The translations under genes were made by a program, and so were the position numbers. Of a stretch of 64,000 nt of DNA, positions 17,496 through 26,080 are shown one piece after another; positions within the stretch are counted from its first letter, which is position 1; every line of letters starts with the position of its first letter. Below the pieces are notes generated by a model. It worked only from the letters and a program-made list of their open reading frames with translations, ran no database searches and was not told the origin of the DNA. Source of the stretch: an uncultured Smithella sp. (GTDB taxonomy: Bacteria > Desulfobacterota > Syntrophia > Syntrophales > Smithellaceae); the NCBI GenBank assembly GCA_964581635.1, contig CAZOPH010000003.1, positions 3 through 64,002 of the forward strand, read 5' to 3'.

Positions 17496-17674
17496 ACAAA
17501 AAAGGCCTAAGGTACAAGGCGCAAGGTTATAAGGAGAACAACAGGACAGGAAACGGTCGCTTAGGTAGAGATCCCGACTGATGCCGGATACGCAGGGCAA
17601 GCTAAACGTCACTATAAGTTTGTTGGGCTCAAAGCGTCCATAAATCTTAGCCTTCGGCCTTGATCCTTAAATCT

Positions 17675-18097
17675 TTATTTATATTTCCTCACCACCGCCA
17701 TTATCACGCCGGCAATGCTTAATTCTTCCTGCGGGGTAATCGACGGATATTTCGGGTTGGCCGCTTCCAGTGTGACAGTTTTCCCTTTTTTGCGGAAGTA
17801 CTTCATTGTCCAGTTGCCGTCAACTTGCGCCAGAACGATGTCACCGTCTTTAGGCGTCCGGCCCCTTTCGACAATCACGAGGTCCTGTTCCATAATACCC
17901 GCCCCGATCATGTAATCGCCTGAGACCGAAAGCAGAAAGGATGTTTCACGATGCGTGAGCAGATAATCGTCAAAGGAAATCGTGTCGCGCAATTCTTCTT
18001 CCGCAGGCGACGGAAAACCGGCACAAACCTCCCCCATAATCTTCCGGCCATACGGAAAAAACGGCTCCATCACCGAGATGTGACTTATTTTTAGCAT
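17675..18097 (-). CDS. umuD: UmuD-like S24 (LexA-family) peptidase-fold protein with Tyr at the nucleophile Ser position
   Basis: Collinear with E. coli UmuD as I remember it: cleavage region VCAGFPSPA and Lys region VDGNWTMKYF. The GDSM motif reads SGDYM, with a TAC codon at 17914-17912. Confidence 0.8.
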   Translation of the reverse strand: MLKISHISVMEPFFPYGRKIMGEVCAGFPSPAEEELRDTISFDDYLLTHRETSFLLSVSGDYMIGAGIMEQDLVIVERGRTPKDGDIVLAQVDGNWTMKYFRKKGKTVTLEAANPKYPSITPQEELSIAGVIMAVVRKYK

Positions 18098-18110
18098 GCC
18101 TGATTCATAT

Positions 18111-18124
18111 AGAACGAACGTTCT
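18111..18124 (-). promoter_or_regulatory. candidate LexA operator (Cheo-box type, GAAC-N4-GTTC)
   Basis: AGAACGAACGTTCT has perfect palindromic arms AGAAC/GTTCT with a 4-nt spacer. It lies 14-27 nt upstream of the umuD-like ATG at 18097. Confidence 0.5.
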
Positions 18125-18183
18125 AATGTCAAGGTAATTTTAACTTCACGCTTGAGATGCCACGTTATAGGATAGGAGGGCTG

Positions 18184-18543
18184 TTATGCTTCGCCATGAT
18201 AGATGCAACCCGACTCAGGGCTTTCTTGGAGAATGATTTTGCACAGTTGCGGAAGTTTGGGTTGAAGGCGCGTCCAGATCCACCGGCACAAGTTTTCTGA
18301 GGTGGGGTTTTCCAGACCTTCAATATCATTTAAATTTTTATGATCTAACTGATTAAGAATTGATTCAAAAGCATTTGAAATATAAGCATAATCCATTATC
18401 CATCCGGTGTGAGGATCGGGGTTGCCCCGGACATGGATTTCAACACGGAAAGAATGGCCGTGCAGTTTGGCGCATTTGTGGCCGGAAGGCACGCAGGGTA
18501 GCCGGTGTGCCGCATCAAACTTGAACACTTTATAAATTTCCAT
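18184..18543 (-). CDS. queD: 6-carboxy-5,6,7,8-tetrahydropterin synthase
   Basis: 119 aa with a CAKLHGHSF (Cys-x3-His-x-His) zinc/active-site motif. It lies in a queC-queE-queD run. Confidence 0.9.
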   Translation of the reverse strand: MEIYKVFKFDAAHRLPCVPSGHKCAKLHGHSFRVEIHVRGNPDPHTGWIMDYAYISNAFESILNQLDHKNLNDIEGLENPTSENLCRWIWTRLQPKLPQLCKIILQESPESGCIYHGEA

Positions 18544-18552
18544 TTTAATTCC

Positions 18553-19182
18553 CTATCGGACCCCTAATATTTTATGTAACTGCAAGCTGATTCGCCACTG
18601 CGGATGCGCCAAGACGTACTCCAAGGCCTGTCTCATGGCCTGTTCCCTGCTGGCACCGTCCATCGGTTGCAGAAAAAAGTGCCGGAAATTCAGTTTCGCA
18701 TATTTTTCAGGATTTGCCCCCGGCTGCGGATAAACCAGTTTTAACTCCTCTCCGCTTACTTGCGCCAATTCCACGGAGGCTTTGGGACTGACGCAAATCC
18801 AGTCGATGTCCGAAGGCGCGTCGATCGTGCCGTTCGTCTCCACGGCAATTTCAAAATTTTCTTGATGTAGGGCGGCAATCAAAGCGTTATCCATCTGCAG
18901 CAAAGGCTCTCCGCCCGTGCAAATCACGAAACGATGTGCACTAGAATGCGGCCAGGCCTGTAAAATTTCCCGAACCAAGAATTCCGCATTTTCATATAAT
19001 CCGCCCCCCGTTCCATCAGTTCCGAAAAAATCCGTATCGCAAAATGGACAGATGGCGTCTTTCCGATCTTCTTCTTTCCCCGACCACAAGTTACAGCCGG
19101 TAAACCGGCAAAAGACCGCCGGACGTCCACTGTTATAGCCTTCCCCCTGAACCGAGTAAAATATTTCCTTAACGGAATACAT
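18553..19182 (-). CDS. queE: 7-carboxy-7-deazaguanine synthase (radical SAM)
   Basis: EIFYSVQGEG N-terminus. The cluster motif C-NLWSGKEEDRKDAI-C-PF-C follows the Cx14Cx2C variant described for Burkholderia-type QueE. Confidence 0.9.
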   Translation of the reverse strand: MYSVKEIFYSVQGEGYNSGRPAVFCRFTGCNLWSGKEEDRKDAICPFCDTDFFGTDGTGGGLYENAEFLVREILQAWPHSSAHRFVICTGGEPLLQMDNALIAALHQENFEIAVETNGTIDAPSDIDWICVSPKASVELAQVSGEELKLVYPQPGANPEKYAKLNFRHFFLQPMDGASREQAMRQALEYVLAHPQWRISLQLHKILGVR

Positions 19183-19209
19183 CCTCTTAACCTTACTCCT
19201 TACTTTTTA

Positions 19210-19923
19210 TCACTGAACCTTGTATTGTTCCGGATCTGTGAAACCTGCTTCCTGAAAGCCTTTCAGGCGCAACAGGCACGAATCACACTGGCCACAGGCA
19301 GTTCCATCCACTCCCGGATCGTAGCAACTATGCGTCAGAGAATAATCGACACCCAATTCCATGCCCTTTCGGATAATCTGCGCTTTACTCAAATGAAGGA
19401 GCGGCACATGAATTTTTAATTTTTGTTTGCCTTCCGCGCCGGCTTTGGTCGCTAAGTTGGCCATGCGTTCATAAGCATCGATATATTCAGGACGGCAGTC
19501 CGGATAGCCACTGTAGTCCAGGGCGTTTACACCGATAAAAATATCGGTCGAACCGATCACCTCCGCCCAAGCCAGAGCGTACGAAAGAAAGATGGTATTG
19601 CGCGCCGGAACGTAGGTTAAGGGAATATCCCTTCCCATATCTTCCACACTGCGACTTTTGGGAACGGCCAAATCACTGGTTAATGCAGACCCCCCGATGC
19701 GTCGCAGGTCAATATTTACGGTCAGGTGCTCGGCCACTGAGTTGCACCGGGCAACGCGCGCGGCTGCTTCCAGTTCGATCAGGTGGCGTTGGCCGTACCG
19801 GAAACTCAAGGCATATATCTCAAATCCCCTGCTCCGGGCAATAGCCAGCGTGGTGGCGGAATCAACACCACCGGAGAGCAAAACAACGGCTTTCTTCTTC
19901 GGTTTATCGGATGGTTGTATCAT
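19210..19923 (-). CDS. queC: 7-cyano-7-deazaguanine synthase
   Basis: PP-loop [11 protein letters not shown]-terminal zinc cysteines CYDPG...[10 protein letters not shown]. Confidence 0.9.
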   Translation of the reverse strand: MIQPSDKPKKKAVVLLSGGVDSATTLAIARSRGFEIYALSFRYGQRHLIELEAAARVARCNSVAEHLTVNIDLRRIGGSALTSDLAVPKSRSVEDMGRDIPLTYVPARNTIFLSYALAWAEVIGSTDIFIGVNALDYSGYPDCRPEYIDAYERMANLATKAGAEGKQKLKIHVPLLHLSKAQIIRKGMELGVDYSLTHSCYDPGVDGTACGQCDSCLLRLKGFQEAGFTDPEQYKVQ

Positions 19924-19963
19924 GACCAGACTATTTATCAGATTTTGTAAAATATCGCCCGAG

Positions 19964-20740
19964 CTATTTATCGGTCGAAGTTTTAATATTGAAAAGTTTT
20001 CGAGTGTTGCTGGCTGCCGTTTGCGCGATGTCTTCCCAAGGCAGTTTTTTTATTTCGGCTACTTTCTTTGCCGTGTGAACAATGAAGGAAGGTTCGTTTC
20101 TTTTACCGCGATGAGGAACAGGCGTAAGATAGGGACAATCTGTTTCTAAAAGGATTGTATCAAGCGGCGCCTGCCTGACAACCTCTTGCAGCACTTTTGA
20201 CTTATCAAAGGTCACGACACCGGACACGGAAATATAAAAACCCAGCTCGATACATTGCCTGGCCATAGCCCAGTCACCGGAAAAACAATGAAAGACACCC
20301 AGGCACACACCGGAGGCTTTTACCATGCGCAGCGTCTCCTCATGAGCGTCGCGGTCATGAATAATCACCGGCAGATTGAGTTCCTGAGCCAATTCCAGCT
20401 GTTTGGCAAACATTTCTATTTGTTTTTCTCGGGGCGAGATATTGCGGAAATAATCCAGACCGATTTCGCCATAGGCGACAACTTTCGGGTCTTGCGATAA
20501 TGCCTTCAGTTCGTCAAAGGATTTGTCGCTGGCTTTGGCCACATCATGGGGGTGAACCCCGACAGTCGCGTAAATATTCTCGTATTGACGGGCAATCGAC
20601 AACGCCTTACGGCTCAGTCCCGGATTTGTTCCCACCGTGACTATACAGTCAACACCCGCAAGGCCAGCACGTTCGATCACATCTTTGCGGTCGGCATCAA
20701 AGTCTCTCATCTCCAAGTGGGCATGGGAGTCAATCAACAT
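19964..20740 (-). CDS. TatD-family metal-dependent hydrolase/DNase
   Basis: MLIDSHAHL start, GEIGLDY, and the overall TatD/YcfH pattern. 258 aa. Confidence 0.85.
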   Translation of the reverse strand: MLIDSHAHLEMRDFDADRKDVIERAGLAGVDCIVTVGTNPGLSRKALSIARQYENIYATVGVHPHDVAKASDKSFDELKALSQDPKVVAYGEIGLDYFRNISPREKQIEMFAKQLELAQELNLPVIIHDRDAHEETLRMVKASGVCLGVFHCFSGDWAMARQCIELGFYISVSGVVTFDKSKVLQEVVRQAPLDTILLETDCPYLTPVPHRGKRNEPSFIVHTAKKVAEIKKLPWEDIAQTAASNTRKLFNIKTSTDK

Positions 20741-20742
20741 GA

Positions 20743-20910
20743 CTACTTGTCGTTTCCCTGAAACGGAATTTCTTCGGCATTCTCCGCCACATCGGGAAGC
20801 TTTTTTAAAAGACTGGATAAATCTTTTTCTGATAATTCACCAGTCAGCAATTTGCGTGAGATGATTCGGCGATCGATTTTCAGTAAATCCGAGTTGATTC
20901 TTCTGGACAT
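20743..20910 (-). CDS. unannotated small ORF (55 aa), hypothetical
   Basis: It is not in the ORF track because it is under 60 aa. GGAGGAG SD 4 nt upstream of the ATG at 20910. It encodes MSRRINSDLLKIDRRIISRKLLTGELSEKDLSSLLKKLPDVAENAEEIPFQGNDK. Its TAG stop lies 2 nt before the tatD ATG. Confidence 0.45.
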   Translation of the reverse strand: MSRRINSDLLKIDRRIISRKLLTGELSEKDLSSLLKKLPDVAENAEEIPFQGNDK

Positions 20911-21033
20911 TGCGCTCCTCCTGAGAAATTGAACAAATTAATTTTGTCATAGGGCTTTTAACTTTGGCGGACTAGTATTATATTTTAACAACATAATCAA
21001 GTCCCAAGAGTTTTTTATAAATCTTGGTTTGGA

Positions 21034-21870
21034 CTATCTTTTCAGGCGTGGATCAGCCGCGTCGCGTATCCCTTCACCCAATAAATTATAACCAACCACC
21101 GTGATCAAAATCGCCAGCCCCGGATAAAGCGACAGCCACCAGGCGATATCGATATTATCCTTACCCGCTGTCAGAATATTCCCCCAACTAGGCGTCGGCG
21201 GCTGTACACCGATTCCCAAAAAGCTCAGAGCAGACTCCGTCAGAATCGCGCCGGCAATGCCGAGAGTGGCCGCAACCAGAATGGACGCCAGCGCGTTGGG
21301 CAGAATGTGCATAAAAATAATCCGTGCATCGTTTGCTCCTATGGCCCGGGCCGCTTGAACGAAATCCCGTTCGCGAAGCGAAATAAAATCCGCCCGCACC
21401 AGACGAGTCACTCCCATCCAGCCGGTAAGCCCGATCACAATCATAATATTCCAGATCGAAGGCTCCAGAAAGGCAATCACCGCCAGAATCAGAAAAAAGG
21501 TTGGGAAACAAAGCATAACATCCACAAAGCGCATAATCGTTGCGTCGATCCAGCCGCCGTAGTAGCCGGCAACAGCACCCAGAATCATCCCGATGAGAAT
21601 AGCGAGACCCGTCGCGACAAAACCGACCTTCAGGGAAATACGCGCTCCCCAAATCATCCGGGAAAGAACGTCGCGCCCCAGCTGATCCGTGCCAAACCAG
21701 TGCTGTCCCGACGGCGGCGCCAGGACATTTTTCAGATCAATCGCGCCGGGATCGTAAGGTGCGATCACAGGCGCCAGCAGAGAGACCACGAATAAAAACA
21801 GGACGATGCTGCAGCCGGTCAGCGCCAGTTTATTTTTATAAAACATTTCCCAGAAATTCATCGCAATCAC
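21034..21870 (-). CDS. ABC transporter permease (DppC/OppC-like)
   Basis: Six predicted TM segments. The EAA-type loop region reads ERDFVQAARAIGANDARIIFMHILPN. Confidence 0.85.
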   Translation of the reverse strand: MIAMNFWEMFYKNKLALTGCSIVLFLFVVSLLAPVIAPYDPGAIDLKNVLAPPSGQHWFGTDQLGRDVLSRMIWGARISLKVGFVATGLAILIGMILGAVAGYYGGWIDATIMRFVDVMLCFPTFFLILAVIAFLEPSIWNIMIVIGLTGWMGVTRLVRADFISLRERDFVQAARAIGANDARIIFMHILPNALASILVAATLGIAGAILTESALSFLGIGVQPPTPSWGNILTAGKDNIDIAWWLSLYPGLAILITVVGYNLLGEGIRDAADPRLKR

Positions 21871-21872
21871 CC

Positions 21873-22847
21873 TCAGGAAATTCTAATCCGCGGATCCGCT
21901 AAGGCGTAAGACACATCAGCAATCAAATTCCCCACCAGCGTCAAAATCGCGCCAATGAGTAATATCCCCATCACCGTCGGATAGTCGCGAGCCATGACTG
22001 ACATGTAAAACAACTGCCCCATGCCCGGAATTGCGAAGATCGTTTCAAAGATGACGCTGCCACCGATCAGGCCGGGAATGGATAATCCCAGGATGGTGAT
22101 CGCAGGTAAGAGCGCGTTACGCAGGGCATGTTTATAAATTACTTGTCTTTCGCTCAATCCTTTGGCGCGCGCCGTCAGAATATAATCCTGCCGGATGACC
22201 TCAAGCATATTGGCCCGCATGTAACGTGAAAGTCCGGCCAGTCCTCCGAAAGCGGATATAAAGACTGGTAGAATCAAATGTTTGGCCAGATCGACCAGCT
22301 GCTCCCAGGCGCTCAGATATTCATAATTGAGAGACCGCAATCCCGAAATCGGCAGCCACCCCAGGGAAATACCGAAAAAGATCATCAAGAGCAGAGCAAG
22401 CCAGAAGGTCGGTACGGCAAAACCAATGAACACGAGCACAGTGGTTACTTTATCAAAAAGTGAATCCTGATGAACGGCTGACAGAACACCAATCGGCACA
22501 GCTACCACGATGATAATGAGTAACGACAGAAAATTAATAAGAATCGTAATAGGCAGACGCTCGAGAATCTTGTCGGAAACCGGCCGGTGGTCGGATGAAA
22601 AGGAAGTGCCCAAATCGCCACGCCCCAATTTCTTCAGCCACGACCAGTACTGTACATGAATGGGCTTATCCAGCTCATACATGCTCATCAGCCGCTCTTT
22701 CATTTCAGCCGACGCTTTCGGATTCATTTGCGTCTGCAAATCCGTTGGCGATCCCGGCGCCAGACGCATCACAAAAAAACAAATGATCGTGATACCGAGT
22801 AGAAGCGGGATCATGAAGAGGACTCTTTTGATCAGATAGGTGGACAT
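21873..22847 (-). CDS. ABC transporter permease (DppB/OppB-like)
   Basis: N-terminus [19 protein letters not shown] and the [24 protein letters not shown] loop. I prefer the ATG at 22847 with a GGAGAGAGGG SD. The ORF-track start is an upstream GTG. Confidence 0.85.
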   Translation of the reverse strand: MSTYLIKRVLFMIPLLLGITIICFFVMRLAPGSPTDLQTQMNPKASAEMKERLMSMYELDKPIHVQYWSWLKKLGRGDLGTSFSSDHRPVSDKILERLPITILINFLSLLIIIVVAVPIGVLSAVHQDSLFDKVTTVLVFIGFAVPTFWLALLLMIFFGISLGWLPISGLRSLNYEYLSAWEQLVDLAKHLILPVFISAFGGLAGLSRYMRANMLEVIRQDYILTARAKGLSERQVIYKHALRNALLPAITILGLSIPGLIGGSVIFETIFAIPGMGQLFYMSVMARDYPTVMGILLIGAILTLVGNLIADVSYALADPRIRIS

Positions 22848-22877
22848 CCCTCTCTCCACGTCAAAAATTCAAATCTA

Positions 22878-23672
22878 TTAATCCAAGCAATCCAAAAACG
22901 ACATCTTTTGTAAATTGGCCGCTGACTGCCAAAGATGTTCTTGCGCATGTGCCTCCAGCGTAATCGTCGGTTTCACCCTTAACGCTTTCAGCGCGGCAAA
23001 AAAAGGACCAAACGGAAAAGTCGCTGCGCCTATCGGCAAATGCTCATCGAACTTTCCGAAATTATCATGCAAATGCAGATGGCCGACATACCGTCCCATC
23101 TGCTCCATCCAGGTTTTTAAAGGCGCATAGGAGAAAACGTTGAAATGCCCCGTGTCAAAGCAAAAACAAACTTGATCTGAAGCAAGCGTTTCGAATAAAC
23201 GGCGTAAAATGTGCGGCTCTTTTTCATAAACATTTTCCAGCGCAATGAGGGTCCCGCCATCTTTGGCAAGTGGGATAAGCTGGTGCCAGAAATGGATGCT
23301 GTTTTCCAGCCATAGATCATCACAGTCCACATAATAGCGGTCATCAAAGGATGGGTGGCAGACAATTTTCAGAGGCTGAAAATACGGCGTCAGGTCGAAC
23401 ACCTGCCGAATCCTGTCGAGACTCGTTTTTCGGATCCGATCATCGAGTGCGCCAGGCCTCAGATCCACAAAAGGAGCATGAAAAGTCACTTGTAGTCCGG
23501 CATCCTTAAGTGTTTGGGCTGTCTTGATGCACTGATTCTTATCCAGTGAGTCTAACGCAAATTGACTGAAATATATCTCCAAGTTGAGCTTCCTCTCCAA
23601 GATCGTCGGCAGATACTGGGGTAGTAGGTGATAAGGCATATGGGTGTGGACTCTTCTTAAAATGTTAAGCAT
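22878..23672 (-). CDS. xylose isomerase-like TIM-barrel (sugar phosphate isomerase/epimerase family) protein
   Basis: 264 aa. HAPF, ENV and HLHD metal-ligand-like motifs are spaced as in AP-endonuclease-2 / xylose isomerase-like TIM barrels. The specific function is not assignable. Confidence 0.65.
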   Translation of the reverse strand: MLNILRRVHTHMPYHLLPQYLPTILERKLNLEIYFSQFALDSLDKNQCIKTAQTLKDAGLQVTFHAPFVDLRPGALDDRIRKTSLDRIRQVFDLTPYFQPLKIVCHPSFDDRYYVDCDDLWLENSIHFWHQLIPLAKDGGTLIALENVYEKEPHILRRLFETLASDQVCFCFDTGHFNVFSYAPLKTWMEQMGRYVGHLHLHDNFGKFDEHLPIGAATFPFGPFFAALKALRVKPTITLEAHAQEHLWQSAANLQKMSFLDCLD

Positions 23673-23874
23673 GTAAAATCCCTTTAAAGATCAATAAGGG
23701 TTGATGATTTACCATAGTCATTTTTTTTTCACAAGACCAATGAAGAGACCCAGCAGCAGCATCATCACAGTGACAACCAAAAATGACATATTGTTAAGTT
23801 TTAGTAATTGTGAGATAGAAAAGACAGGTTCAAAGATTAATGGCTAAGGCTATTAAGAATATGAGGAGGTTTTT

Positions 23875-24270
23875 TTGCCAGTTAAAAAAAACGAATCGAC
23901 GCGGCGTTTGCTCTTATGCATTAATGCCGTCCTGCAAAAAAAAACAAAAAATATTGTGGTACTGAACGTTAAAGAAATCTCTTCGTTTACCGACTATATG
24001 CTGATTTGCTCAGGAGCAACCGACCGGCAGGTGCAGGCTGTTTCCGCCGCAGTCCAAGAATATCTTAAAAAAGAACATATCAGGCCGCTGGGTGTGGAAG
24101 GTGAAGCAAACGCGGAATGGATTCTACTGGATTATGACGATGTGGTCATCTCCGTTTTTCAGGAATCGGCTCGTTCTTTTTACGGTCTGGAAGATTTGTG
24201 GGACGCCCCACGCATGGAGATTGACGAAAACGCTAACGAAATAAAAAAGTTAACCAAGGATATGGCTTGA
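23875..24270 (+). CDS. rsfS: ribosome silencing factor RsfS (iojap family)
   Basis: TTG start after an AGGAGG SD. The FTDYMLICSG...RQVQA and WILLDYDDVVISVF motifs are typical of RsfS. Confidence 0.85.
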   Translation: MPVKKNESTRRLLLCINAVLQKKTKNIVVLNVKEISSFTDYMLICSGATDRQVQAVSAAVQEYLKKEHIRPLGVEGEANAEWILLDYDDVVISVFQESARSFYGLEDLWDAPRMEIDENANEIKKLTKDMA

Positions 24271-24995
24271 TTTTAAATGATTTTTTTTCTGAAATATCCG
24301 ACGTGCTTTTTCCCCCTCTTTGCCTTGCGTGCTCCAAGGTTCTCTCCGCCACCCCTCGCGAGGTTTTCTGTCCCGAATGCCGCCATCAAATCGCTTTTAT
24401 CACCGACAGCCATTGTCCGGTTTGCGGTATAATTTTTCCCAACTCGCCTTCCGGACATCATCTGTGCGGCTCCTGTATGGATAATAAACCTTGGTTCACA
24501 TCCGCTCGCGCCGCTGTTGTTTATGAGGGTGTCATTCTCGATGCGATTCACCAATTCAAGTATGGACGCAATATTACAACAGGCGCCGCACTAGCATGCC
24601 TGATGGCTGATTTCGCTTTTACCGATATAGACTTTGGCATTTTTGATACCATTGTCCCCGTTCCTCTGCATATCAAACGGCTGCGAGAGAGAGGATTCAA
24701 TCAATCGCTTATTTTAGCGGGCGCTCTGGGGAAAAAACATGGCCTGAGAGTCGATTTTTCCTTGCTAAAAAGGCGTAGATTGACTTTAACGCAAACTGGT
24801 CTCGATAAAAAGGAAAGAGAGAAAAATATTTCCGGCGCATTTGTTGCCACTATGCCGGAAAGAATCCGCGGCAGGAATTTGATCCTGGTTGATGATGTTT
24901 ATACGACAGGCGCTACGATTAACGAATGCTCCAAGACGCTTGTCAAAGCGGGTGCCGAACAGGTGGCGGTATTGACATTGGCCAGGGTTCTTTAG
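24267..24995 (+). CDS. ComF family protein (phosphoribosyltransferase domain)
   Basis: N-terminal Cys pairs (CLAC...CPEC, CPVC...CGSC) and a C-terminal PRTase motif LILVDDVYTTGATI. Confidence 0.8.
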   Translation: MILNDFFSEISDVLFPPLCLACSKVLSATPREVFCPECRHQIAFITDSHCPVCGIIFPNSPSGHHLCGSCMDNKPWFTSARAAVVYEGVILDAIHQFKYGRNITTGAALACLMADFAFTDIDFGIFDTIVPVPLHIKRLRERGFNQSLILAGALGKKHGLRVDFSLLKRRRLTLTQTGLDKKEREKNISGAFVATMPERIRGRNLILVDDVYTTGATINECSKTLVKAGAEQVAVLTLARVL

Positions 24996-25058
24996 CAGAC
25001 ACTGCCCAAAGTCCATTATCTCAAAACATTCTAAACGAATGATTATAAAGGAGCCATC

Positions 25059-25544
25059 ATGCATAAGATCCTAGATAAAAAAATCCTAAAAGATAAACTC
25101 GAGGCGCTTCGCAAAGAAGGGAAAAAGATTGCCTTCACCAATGGTTGTTTTGATATTTTGCATGTGGGTCACGTCCGCTATTTAAAGGAAGCGAAAAAGA
25201 CAGCCGATATCTTGGTGCTGGCGCTAAACAGTGATGCCTCCGTTCGAGCCATTAAGGGCGCAAAAAGACCACTCGTTTCAGGAGAAGAAAGAGCAGAAGT
25301 GCTCGCCGCACTGGAATGCATAGATTTTATTACGATGTTTGAGGAATTAACGCCACTGGAGTTAATTTGTTACCTTAAACCGGACATCCTGATCAAAGGC
25401 GGCGATTGGCCGGAAGACAGAATTGTCGGCCGAGATGAAATAAAAAAATGGGGCGGACATGTTACAATTATTCCAGAAGTGGCCGGCAAATCCACCACCA
25501 ATATTGTGGATAAAATTATTTCCGCCTATTGTTCCGGAAGCTGA
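25059..25544 (+). CDS. rfaE2: D-glycero-beta-D-manno-heptose 1-phosphate adenylyltransferase (RfaE domain II-type cytidylyltransferase)
   Basis: FTNGCFDILHVGHVRYL nucleotidyltransferase motif. 161 aa. Confidence 0.85.
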   Translation: MHKILDKKILKDKLEALRKEGKKIAFTNGCFDILHVGHVRYLKEAKKTADILVLALNSDASVRAIKGAKRPLVSGEERAEVLAALECIDFITMFEELTPLELICYLKPDILIKGGDWPEDRIVGRDEIKKWGGHVTIIPEVAGKSTTNIVDKIISAYCSGS

Positions 25545-25621
25545 TGATTGGCGTATTCCCGATGCGTCTTTCGATAAGGGTATATGTTGATATTTTTCAT
25601 TTTTTTTAGTTAATTTTTTTC

Positions 25622-25650
25622 TTTACAAACATTCTCCCATTAGGTAATAA
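25622..25650 (+). promoter_or_regulatory. putative sigma-70 promoter upstream of dksA
   Basis: TTTACA - 17 nt - TAATAA, about 40 nt upstream of the TTG start. Sequence pattern only. Confidence 0.3.
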
Positions 25651-25690
25651 GGGGTCAAATTCAACATCATATAAACAAGGAGTAGCCGCT

Positions 25691-26071
25691 TTGGAAAAAC
25701 AAACGACTTTAAAGCCGGAGAAACTGGAGTCATTCCGTAAATTGCTCATCCAGAAGATCAATGAACTTCTGAGTGAGGCGGGTAAAACCGTCACGGAAAT
25801 GACCAGCGGCAAGGAAAATTATCCCGATCCTAACGACAGAGCATCACTAGAATCCGACCGGAATTTTGAGTTACGCATCCGCGACCGGGAACGGAAATTA
25901 ATTGTAAAAATGCAGGAAGCCATCAAAAGAATTGACGACGGCACGTACGGGATTTGTGAAGCCTGTGGCGGACCGATCTCCGAAAAAAGACTGTTGGCCA
26001 GACCCGTCACCACGGAGTGCATTGATTGCAAAACCAAACAGGAAGAGCTCGAAAAACTTAAAGGCGAATAA
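25691..26071 (+). CDS. dksA: DksA/TraR-family RNA polymerase-binding zinc-finger protein
   Basis: TTG start after an AAGGAG SD. Coiled-coil region with a DxxDxA-like PDPNDRASLESD. C4 zinc finger CEACGGPI...CIDCK. Confidence 0.85.
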   Translation: MEKQTTLKPEKLESFRKLLIQKINELLSEAGKTVTEMTSGKENYPDPNDRASLESDRNFELRIRDRERKLIVKMQEAIKRIDDGTYGICEACGGPISEKRLLARPVTTECIDCKTKQEELEKLKGE

Positions 26072-26080
26072 AAGTTAAAT

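Noticed and set aside
19924-21033. Search for a preQ1 riboswitch upstream of the que genes (also upstream of queH at 43056-43075)
   Set aside because: I could not recognise a preQ1-type hairpin or A-rich tail. The que genes appear to be read through from upstream genes.
21188-21652. 154-aa minus-strand ORF rich in Cys/Arg/Gly inside the DppC-like permease gene
   Set aside because: It is an alternative frame of a well-supported permease CDS. Its composition is typical of an out-of-frame read-through, and it has no SD or recognisable motif.
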